A stretch of 14,382 nt of DNA from Promethearchaeota archaeon. Lineage in GTDB: Archaea; Asgardarchaeota; Heimdallarchaeia; Hodarchaeales; Hodarchaeaceae. The DNA lies in NCBI GenBank assembly GCA_048939725.1, contig JBHLPG010000086.1, positions 1-14,382 of the forward strand. Reading direction: 5' to 3'. Positions 1 to 6,392 of this stretch are shown piece after piece; position 1 is the first letter of the stretch; each line of letters opens with the position of its first letter. A program made the position numbers and the translations under genes. Under the pieces are notes generated by a model. That model was not told the origin of the DNA. It was given only the letters and a program-made list of their open reading frames with translations, and did no database searches.

Positions 1-3000
1 GTATTAAATAGGAAAAAATGTGGAGATAAGGAATAGATATACTATGAATATAATGGGATCCATTTGAAATGATTGATGTTTGATTTAAAATCCAAGTGGT
101 ATCAGTTTCATCAAAAACAGATAATGTTATATTATGATCATCAAAGGGATCCTGAATTTCACTCCAAAATAGTACTTTTCCGATGTTTTGGTTTTGTTGT
201 GATCTTTCTATGCCATGATTAAGGATTTCAGCTGGGTGATATTCTAAAATTTCTAAATTACTTTCTCCGATAATGAAAGTATTAAGTGACTCATCTTGGA
301 TCACAATACTGTAATTAAAAGCGCAGTTATGGATTATTTGTTTAGAGTGAATGTATAATGATCCGTTATAATGCATTTCAGCACTAATATTCCACGAATC
401 AAGACCATTGTAGTGATGAATTAACAAATTCACATTTGAAATGGTTCCAAACGGATCAACAGCATCAGCCCAAAAAACAAAAAGAGAGGAATAATGATTA
501 ATCGGTGTCTCTTCGAAATCGAAGCCGTTACAAACAGGTGGTGTTAAATCATAAATCGACACTGGTTGCCATGCAGTGCTTTCATTATTTCCTTTCTGAT
601 CCTCAGCTAGAATTCTATAGGTAAATGCCTGATTGGGTTCAAATCCTTCAATAGAAAAAGTAAAAAAGTTTCCAGAACCATTCCATATCATTGTACCATT
701 AATCTTGGATCCATGAATATATTCAAGAGTAACGGAAGTATTTTCCTCAGCTAAACCACTACCGTATTCTCCCTCTATAACTTCTGCCCAAATAGTTACT
801 GTACCGTTTTGATAAACATTTGGCCTATGATCTAAAATATTTGGGGGAGCATCATCTCCAATGACAATTGTCTTACTGATTTCTCCAACATTTCCCGCAT
901 TATCCTCTACCCAAATCCTTAGTGATACTTGATCCCCAAAAGGAAAACTATAGGATGTTCTATAATTATAAAACGCGTCATAATCCATTTCTAAAACAAT
1001 ATGATTCTCTAAATGGGTGAAATTCACATAGAAAGTGTTATTCACATAATAGGTTTCCCCGAATGGATCAATTGCATATGCAAAGACTGTTACCTCGCCA
1101 TCATTAACTGTAGAGTTCTCAAATGAATATATAATGTTTGGTAAAACTCTATCAGAAAGTGTAAAATTCGATGCTTGATTGATTCCAGGATTGTTCCAAT
1201 TATGTGTTGTATCAACAGCAGTTACATAATACCAAAGGTTCTGTAAATTATATTCTAGTGATTGGACACGAGCAAAATAAATTACATCGGATACTTGCTC
1301 CATTGAAAAATTTGTCCATGTTCCAATATAATTCTGTGTATATAATAAATAAGCAGAAGTTTCATTAAAAGGCCAATCAATTATTTCAGCATAGAAGTCT
1401 ACTGTACCATTTCCCCAATCTGTTTTCCAATACGAGGTAATAGGTATTGAATTATCATGTATAACGAACGGCCCCCGTGTTAATGATGTATTTAGGTTTT
1501 TAGCATAATCTGACACAGTGATCCAATAATATACAATATCATTGTACTCCAAATCTAAATTAAAATAATATTGATCCTCTGATTCAATCATAAAGAATGA
1601 AAAGATTTCACCATTTATATCAACATGTAATTGCACGCTACTCTCATTTATGCCACTTTGATAATCATTTTGATCCTCAACAGAGATATAAATTTCCACA
1701 TGACCCTGATAATGAGTGACGAAATTATCAATGATATCATCTTCATTGATAGGTGGAGGAACACTGTCAGTTGGTATAATTGTACGATAAGGTGGAGTTA
1801 ATAAGTATATTTTTGACCCGTTTTCATTTCCTAGACTATCTATGGCAGAATATATTGTATAATTTAAAAGCTCCCCGTAATAGGCCTCAATATAGCATAC
1901 CCAAAATCCAGAACCGTTTTGATGCATCTCTACAAAAGATTCATTTATCTGTAAGACCACAGGATCCATAACTAAGCTCATATTATCAGTAATATTTGCA
2001 TAGAATTGAAGGGTTCCATTTTGGTAATCAATTACATCATATTCAACAATATTGGGAGGGAAAGCATCACCTAAATAAAAAGAATAAAACTGGGTTGTCA
2101 TGGTATTATTAGCTATATCAATAGCTATAATATTGTAAAAAACCTGGACATTTTTATGAGTTAATGTATCAAGTGCACTTGCATTATAATATTGATTCGC
2201 AGTAAAGGCTTCCATTGTGAAATTTTCGTAAATGAGAACTACCTCATTCGTTATATTGATGACTGTTAAATTTAATAATACTTCAAAACTACTACTGTCA
2301 TAAACTTCTGCAAAAAATGTTGAAGAATTATCAAAAAGTGTGGATTCATTTACAAAATAGACATTTTGTACTAGAGGAGGATCATTATCCGTATACTCTG
2401 CGATTATTATATTAATTTCATATTTAGGGTTAATTTGATAGGTTAAATTGGTTGAAAATTCAAGAAATGAGAGTGTATTGTTAATCGAGTCTTCATATTC
2501 TACCGTTATGTTATAATAATCATAAGGTAGATTTGTAAAAATTGTATGCCCCGAAATTGTAGTATTTTGGGTCCAATTTATTGATGGATTAAAAGCATTA
2601 GTAATATTCACCCTAGCATTAGGAACGATTCTATTATCCAAATCTACAACATTAACCCGAACGCTTGCATTTTCAGGTCCTCTTGTTAGATCTGCAATAG
2701 TTATTCCATAGACGTCATTATTTTCGTTATCAAAATAGATTGTATAGATTCGTTCAGAAGAAATTAAATTTGTTCGTAGAACAATCCATTCAGCTTCTAC
2801 AGTGCTCACTTGACTTTCTGAACTCCAGGAATTTCCCCCATCAGTGGAGTTTTTCACAAAAATTGACTTATTGTTGATATAAACGGCAAAAAGAGTATTA
2901 TTTGAAATATCATATGCAGGTTTTACCTCATCTCCCCCTATTCCGCAATTTGTGACCACGTCACTTTTTTGACTCCAAGATCGATTATGATTAAAGAAAG

Positions 3001-5152
3001 CCCATGTTTCTAAATCCCCTGTTGTATTTAGAATGTCATTATTTAAAACAAGATAAACATTCTGGCTATTTGGATCAATGGTAGCTCCCCAATTAGCATT
3101 ATTATTGTAATCATCTTCTGGAGCCTCTGTTTCCGAAGTTAAAGTCGTTAAAAAGGTCGGAGATGCATCCCACATATCCAATTCATCATTATATATAAAA
3201 GAATATAACACGTTTGCAGTTGTATCCTCATAAATACAGAGAATATCGCCTCCACTTAAAGGAAGAAGCTGCCCGTGGTCATCATCATCATCAAGAAAAG
3301 AATAGGGGGGAGTAATATCATACCAGCTTGTATTATATTTCGCAAATTGGGGACCATTGGACATCCACGATGCTCCATAAATTTCTCCCTCTGTTGAAAT
3401 TGTGACTGTTCCTCCTCCATCAGGGGCATTATGAGAACCACCTGAAGCCATAATTATAGTCCATGCACCACTTGAGGTGTCATCTTTTGTATCAAGGTAA
3501 TTATAAACCATCTCATCATATGTGATTGAATTTCCAATAAGATGGATCTTTGTTCCAGTATTATTTGGTGTCCATTGGTCAAACCAACAACTAAAACTTC
3601 GGAAACGATATTCAGGTGGACCGCAATCAATATTAATTGGCCCTTCCCAAGTAGTCCCGTTGTCAGTTGTTTTATAATAAACAATTTCAGCCATACCCCC
3701 ATTTGTCTTTTGGAAAAATAAATATCCATGAGAGTCATTAATAAATACTATATTAGGTCCTGGATTATATTCATCTGTAGAATCATAGACATCATTATCA
3801 ATAATGACCTCCAACCAATCTGAGGGTGTATCGGAGTCTCTTTGTTCTTCAACACCAACAGTATAGAAGGATGTGGGATTTTTTTGATTATTGTACTCAG
3901 TTGTGATCCATTCTGCTAACCTTGAGACCTCAGAAATCCGTACTTCATCTATGATTCCATTCCAAAATCTGTTATCATAATTATAATATTGTCTTCCAAT
4001 ATGAGCCTCGAAACCACTTTCAATTAATGTTCTACTATCAGTATCAGTTTGTAGTGTACCATCAATATAAAGATAGTTCGTTCCAGCATCTATTACTCCC
4101 ACGACTTGGTGCCAATCACTATCAGTATAAGTGTTATCACTATCAGCACTTGTCATGACGCCATTTCCTACCCAAAATCTAAACCTGTTATCGCTATGTC
4201 TCACCAATGCATAACCATTATCATCAGTATCGTCTAACTTGCCAGCTATCCCCATATAATCTCCACTAGCACCTGCAATCTTCACCCACGCTTCGATTGT
4301 TAAGTGAGTATCAAACTCCAAACTAGTTGAACTAGGAATAGAAATATATCGCTCTGATCCGTCAAACTCCTGAGCATAACCGATTTTCGCAGAAACTTGT
4401 GTGGGAATTGAGCCTCCCCCTGTACCATGATTATTGTGCAGTGTGCTATCTCTATATTCATCTACATCTCCATTTCCACTTTCATCCAGATGCCAAACAC
4501 CCTTATAGGATGAGTCCCAGACACCTGTCGGATTTTCCTGACTGCTTATTGTGGAATTACCGTAATACATTATTATCGAGGTATTAATTTCACTTGATAG
4601 CAACGGTATTCTTACCCAAGCAACCATAAATGCATGAGTATTATTGAATACAACATCATAATGCTCTATCTCATGATCAAGTGTCTGGTTGTTTGTACCT
4701 AGGAAGAGGATATCATCACCATCCAATTGTGTATGATAACGAAGATCTCTATCGTAAAGAACAACCAACACTGGAAAATCAGTTAAATTAGCTGCGATAT
4801 TGCTGGAATCAATTGTGATATTTTTGCGATATTGAAAAGAAGGAGCTCCCCAGCCTTCTGATTGAATATCAGCTTTTACAGGGTACGATATAGAAGATGT
4901 CTTCACTCCTGTGCCACTAGAACTTCTTGATACTTCCGAACTCCCAAATTCACGCTCCCTTCTGACACTATCGGATCTGATATCTGCCATTAATCCATTT
5001 TTAAGCTTTGGCACTCTTATTCCATCATCTTTGCAATCTAAAACCTGATTATATGGAGAGAACACTGTACTGAATAATTGGGAAACAAACATAACTATAA
5101 GTAGACATAATAGATATCTATGTCTACATTTTAATTTTTCAGATTTCAACAT
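1..5152 (-). CDS. Giant secreted / cell-surface multidomain protein (adhesin- or S-layer-associated-like). The C-terminal end lies beyond the left window edge; at least 1717 aa.
   Basis: Hand translation of the minus strand starts at ATG 5152..5150, preceded in frame by TAA at 5167..5165. The frame (codon first bases at positions = 1 mod 3) stays open for 1717 codons down to position 2. I verified the frame at 4990, 4561, 3739 and 3304. The ORF is absent from the supplied track because no stop codon lies inside the window. The N-terminus is MLKSEKLKCRHRYLLCLLIVMFVSQLFSTVF. The translated sequence gives recognisable domain motifs along its whole length, which would not be expected from noncoding DNA at this AT content. 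Confidence 0.85.
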   Translation of the reverse strand, partial: MLKSEKLKCRHRYLLCLLIVMFVSQLFSTVFSPYNQVLDCKDDGIRVPKLKNGLMADIRSDSVRREREFGSSEVSRSSSGTGVKTSSISYPVKADIQSEGWGAPSFQYRKNITIDSSNIAANLTDFPVLVVLYDRDLRYHTQLDGDDILFLGTNNQTLDHEIEHYDVVFNNTHAFMVAWVRIPLLSSEINTSIIMYYGNSTISSQENPTGVWDSSYKGVWHLDESGNGDVDEYRDSTLHNNHGTGGGSIPTQVSAKIGYAQEFDGSERYISIPSSTSLEFDTHLTIEAWVKIAGASGDYMGIAGKLDDTDDNGYALVRHSDNRFRFWVGNGVMTSADSDNTYTDSDWHQVVGVIDAGTNYLYIDGTLQTDTDSRTLIESGFEAHIGRQYYNYDNRFWNGIIDEVRISEVSRLAEWITTEYNNQKNPTSFYTVGVEEQRDSDTPSDWLEVIIDNDVYDSTDEYNPGPNIVFINDSHGYLFFQKTNGGMAEIVYYKTTDNGTTWEGPINIDCGPPEYRFRSFSCWFDQWTPNNTGTKIHLIGNSITYDEMVYNYLDTKDDTSSGAWTIIMASGGSHNAPDGGGTVTISTEGEIYGASWMSNGPQFAKYNTSWYDITPPYSFLDDDDDHGQLLPLSGGDILCIYEDTTANVLYSFIYNDELDMWDASPTFLTTLTSETEAPEDDYNNNANWGATIDPNSQNVYLVLNNDILNTTGDLETWAFFNHNRSWSQKSDVVTNCGIGGDEVKPAYDISNNTLFAVYINNKSIFVKNSTDGGNSWSSESQVSTVEAEWIVLRTNLISSERIYTIYFDNENNDVYGITIADLTRGPENASVRVNVVDLDNRIVPNARVNITNAFNPSINWTQNTTISGHTIFTNLPYDYYNITVEYEDSINNTLSFLEFSTNLTYQINPKYEINIIIAEYTDNDPPLVQNVYFVNESTLFDNSSTFFAEVYDSSSFEVLLNLTVINITNEVVLIYENFTMEAFTANQYYNASALDTLTHKNVQVFYNIIAIDIANNTMTTQFYSFYLGDAFPPNIVEYDVIDYQNGTLQFYANITDNMSLVMDPVVLQINESFVEMHQNGSGFWVCYIEAYYGELLNYTIYSAIDSLGNENGSKIYLLTPPYRTIIPTDSVPPPINEDDIIDNFVTHYQGHVEIYISVEDQNDYQSGINESSVQLHVDINGEIFSFFMIESEDQYYFNLDLEYNDIVYYWITVSDYAKNLNTSLTRGPFVIHDNSIPITSYWKTDWGNGTVDFYAEIIDWPFNETSAYLLYTQNYIGTWTNFSMEQVSDVIYFARVQSLEYNLQNLWYYVTAVDTTHNWNNPGINQASNFTLSDRVLPNIIYSFENSTVNDGEVTVFAYAIDPFGETYYVNNTFYVNFTHLENHIVLEMDYDAFYNYRTSYSFPFGDQVSLRIWVEDNAGNVGEISKTIVIGDDAPPNILDHRPNVYQNGTVTIWAEVIEGEYGSGLAEENTSVTLEYIHGSKINGTMIWNGSGNFFTFSIEGFEPNQAFTYRILAEDQKGNNESTAWQPVSIYDLTPPVCNGFDFEETPINHYSSLFVFWADAVDPFGTISNVNLLIHHYNGLDSWNISAEMHYNGSLYIHSKQIIHNCAFNYSIVIQDESLNTFIIGESNLEILEYHPAEILNHGIERSQQNQNIGKVLFWSEIQDPFDDHNITLSVFDETDTTWILNQTSIISNGSHYIHSISIPYLHIFSYLI
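2..2389 (-). repeat. At least 8 tandem, highly divergent ~100-107-aa beta-sandwich (Ig-like) protein repeats inside the giant ORF
   Basis: Repeat-initial linkers recur with a 99-107-codon period, at codons starting 2389, 2068, 1768, 1456, 1153, 856, 550 and ~241. The linkers read DNDPPLV, DAFPPNIV, DSVPPPIN, DNSIPIT, DRVLPNII, DDAPPNIL, DLTPPVC and YHPAEIL. Each unit also has an early strand motif (GTLQFYANITD, GHVEIYISVED, GTVDFYAEIID, GEVTVFAYAID, GTVTIWAEVIE, SLFVFWADAVD, GKVLFWSEIQD). Each has a late strand motif as well (FYNIIAIDIANN, YTIYSAIDSLGN, YYWITVSDYAKN, WYYVTAVDTTHN, SLRIWVEDNAGN, TYRILAEDQKGN). The repeats are visible at protein level only; no DNA-level repeat is evident. Confidence 0.6.
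2395..2668 (-). other. Carboxypeptidase-regulatory-like (prealbumin-fold) domain
   Basis: The translated stretch ASVRVNVVDLDNRIVPNARVNITN...TTISGHTIFTNLPYDYYNITVEYED matches the recalled V-x-V-x-D-x-x-G-x-P-V-x-x-A-x-V ... T-x-x-x-G-x-F-x-F-x-x-L-x-x-G-x-Y-x-V-x-V pattern only loosely. Confidence 0.35.
2690..3823 (-). other. BNR/Asp-box (sialidase-like beta-propeller) region
   Basis: There are two clear Asp-boxes (S/T-x-D-x-G-x-T/S-W). One is YYKTTDNGTTWEGP, encoded about 3644..3675. The other is VKNSTDGGNSWS, encoded about 2822..2856. They are separated by beta-strand-rich sequence. The propeller fold and blade number are inferred, not seen. Confidence 0.45.
3885..4426 (-). other. LamG / concanavalin-A-like lectin domain (Laminin_G_3 type)
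   Basis: The translated stretch reads GYAQEFDGSERYISIPSSTSLEFDTHLTIEAWVKI...GYALVRHSDNRFRFWVGNG...DSDWHQVVGVIDAGTNYLYIDGTL...RFWNGIIDEVRISEVSRLAEWITTEY. This is the classic F-D-G ... T-I-E-A-W-V ... W-H-x-V ... L-Y-I/V-D-G ... F-x-G-x-I-D-E-V-R-I-S ... S-x-x-W-I pattern of that family. Confidence 0.65.
4556..4836 (-). other. DUF2341-like domain of the giant protein
   Basis: The translated stretch reads FQYRKNITIDSSNIAANLTDFPVLVVLYDRDL...DGDDILFLGTNNQTLDHEIEHYD...THAFMVAWVRIPLLSSEINTSIIMYYGN. It matches the recalled DUF2341 pattern (Y-R-x-x-I-T-I, L-x-D-F-P-V-L-V, D-G-x-D-I-x-F, L-x-x-E-I-E, W-V-K/R-I-P, I-x-x-Y-Y-G-N), a domain that commonly precedes LamG domains in prokaryotic surface proteins. 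Confidence 0.55.
5054..5152 (-). other. Signal peptide or N-terminal membrane anchor of the giant protein
   Basis: A basic n-region (K,K,K,R,H,R within the first 12 residues) is followed by a ~20-residue hydrophobic core, YLLCLLIVMFVSQLFSTVF. I cannot predict the cleavage site by eye. Confidence 0.6.
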
Positions 5153-5404
5153 TTCATAGTACTCTTATTATGTTCTACCATTAACAATGAGATGACCAGA
5201 GTCTTCTCTAATTTATTTTTCAGTTATAAATAAATCCTAATAGGAAGAAATCCTTTGAGGAGAAGACTTTGTCCACAAGTCCAATTTCAGCTTATGATGA
5301 GCTCCAAGTAGGATTAGGACAGATATTATTAAAATTAACCAAACAAATTCTCCGAATCATTATTAAAATTGCTTTTAAATCTAATATTATTCATTCCAAT
5401 CTGG

Positions 5405-5411
5405 AAAAAAA
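5405..5411 (-). terminator. Oligo-T (T7) archaeal-type terminator downstream of the GTPase gene
   Basis: The plus-strand A7 run at 5405..5411 reads TTTTTTT on the minus strand, 34-40 nt after the GTPase stop codon (5445..5447). Archaeal RNA polymerase terminates at oligo-T tracts. Confidence 0.4.
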
Positions 5412-5444
5412 CAGTTTTGTTTTATAATAGGAACTTTCTTCTGT

Positions 5445-6005
5445 CTATTGATATAATCTTTCAATTATCCTTTCCCCAAGTGCAGAAAAAGCCTGATCAA
5501 CATTTGTTCCATCTTTTGCAGAAGTCGAGAAATAATTAATATGTGCGGTAATATTTGGATGTTTATTAACTAGATATTTGGCAATATAGTCTTTTGCTGT
5601 TTTTACAGTAATCTGTATTTCATCTGTCAAATCCATTTTATTCCCCAAAACTATTATCGAGGAACTAGATAGATCAATATTTTTCGAGAATTCTTGAAGC
5701 CACCTTTCTAGGTTTTTTAGAGAGTTTAACCGAGTGAGGTCAAAGACAATAAATGCTCCCGTTGCGCCTTTGTAATATAGCTGACGAATTTGATCAAAAG
5801 CAGGTTGGCCCGCTAAATCCCAGATTTGAAATCGTAATTTCTTTAAACCATATACTGTATTTAATGTGACCTGTTTTGATAGAAAATCAGACCCTAACGT
5901 TGGAGTATATTCTGATGAAAAGCCTTTTCCAAGATATCGATTAATTAAAGAGGTTTTCCCAACTTTTCCATCTCCAAGTAGGCAGACTTTTGCAAGTAAG
6001 GTCAA
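5445..6005 (-). CDS. Rab/Ras-like small GTPase (Asgard-type eukaryotic signature protein), 186 aa, TTG start
   Basis: All five G motifs are present: G1 GDGKVGKT, G2/switch I YTPTLGSDF (compare Rab TIGVDF), G3 WDLAGQ, G4 GNKMDL and G5 TSAK. The start codon at 6005..6003 is TTG, directly after an in-frame TGA (6011..6009). The next in-frame ATG lies beyond G3, so the TTG start is needed for an intact P-loop. The C-terminus ...GERIIERLYQ has no Cys, so there is no CaaX/CC prenylation signal. Confidence 0.9.
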   Translation of the reverse strand: MTLLAKVCLLGDGKVGKTSLINRYLGKGFSSEYTPTLGSDFLSKQVTLNTVYGLKKLRFQIWDLAGQPAFDQIRQLYYKGATGAFIVFDLTRLNSLKNLERWLQEFSKNIDLSSSSIIVLGNKMDLTDEIQITVKTAKDYIAKYLVNKHPNITAHINYFSTSAKDGTNVDQAFSALGERIIERLYQ

Positions 6006-6036
6006 TGTTCAATCTTTTTAGACTAATCAAACATGA

Positions 6037-6044
6037 TATTTAAA
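6037..6044 (-). promoter_or_regulatory. Candidate archaeal TATA box for the GTPase gene
   Basis: The minus strand reads TTTAAATA (consensus TTTAWATA), centred about 35 nt upstream of the TTG start. This implies a very short 5-prime leader. Support is positional and consensus-based only. Confidence 0.4.
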
Positions 6045-6108
6045 AAACTTCCAAGTTAAACAAAAATGTTCTTTTTAATCACTATTACACAATCTGATTA
6101 CTATTCAT

Positions 6109-6362
6109 TTAAAAAGTTCCATTAATCCTTTGGAGATGTAATGCAATTAGTCTTTCCCCCAGTATAGTAAAAGCTTTGGGTACATTCTCCAGTCTTTGCA
6201 GAAGTCCTGAAAAATTAAATATTCTGAGCTAAGCTTGAAAATTGATCCACCATTTTTGATATGTTGAAGAAGGAGCTAGATAAGATCTCATCTACTAAAT
6301 CCATTTTAAAACGATTACAGATGTTGCTTTCATTTTTGATGATTCTTCGAGATTAAATTCCT
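6109..6362 (-). pseudogene. Decayed C-terminal fragment of a second Rab-like GTPase paralog
   Basis: Stitching three minus-strand frames gives EFNLEESSKMKATSVIVL / KMDLVDEILSSSFFNISKMVDQFSSLAQNI* FFRTSAKTGE / NVPKAFTILGERLIALHLQRINGTF*. This aligns with the neighbouring GTPase segment EFSKNIDLSSSSIIVLGNKMDLTDEI...INYFSTSAKDGTNVDQAFSALGERII. DNA identity runs include aaatccatttta (both copies) and ctttgcagaagtc (both copies). The defects are loss of the G-N of the NKxD motif with a frameshift near 6310, an in-frame TAA at 6215..6217, and a second frameshift near 6185. The G1-G3 half is absent because the upstream gene ends at 6393. Confidence 0.6.
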
Positions 6363-6392
6363 TGTCTGAGGTAGTTCTTTCTTAGATATTAA

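Noticed and set aside
3256-3738. Track ORFs 3256..3441 and 3454..3738 on the minus strand (61 and 94 aa).
   Set aside because: Both are in the frame offset by one from the giant ORF and lie entirely inside it. Their products are low-complexity (for example LFLMMMMTTGSFFL) with no recognisable motifs. They are shadow ORFs.
1780-4587. Track ORFs 1780..1971 and 4399..4587 on the plus strand. The second has an eye-catching His-rich HLHLHFHFH stretch.
   Set aside because: Both are antisense to the giant coding frame. The His/Leu pattern is the reverse-complement image of the Asp/Glu/Val/Asn-rich sense codons. The 4399 ORF also depends on a GTG start with no upstream signals.
1-5152. I first read the left 5 kb as noncoding, pseudogenised or repeat DNA, because the ORF track lists almost nothing there.
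   Set aside because: One minus-strand frame is uninterrupted for 1717 codons and yields coherent domain motifs. The track omits it only because its stop codon lies outside the window.
6006-6392. The long GTPase-dehydrogenase spacer as a structured ncRNA or regulatory region.
   Set aside because: Most of it (6109..6362) is explained by homology to the neighbouring GTPase coding sequence, that is, a pseudogene remnant. The remaining ~100 nt hold the GTPase promoter, and I saw no convincing stem-loops.
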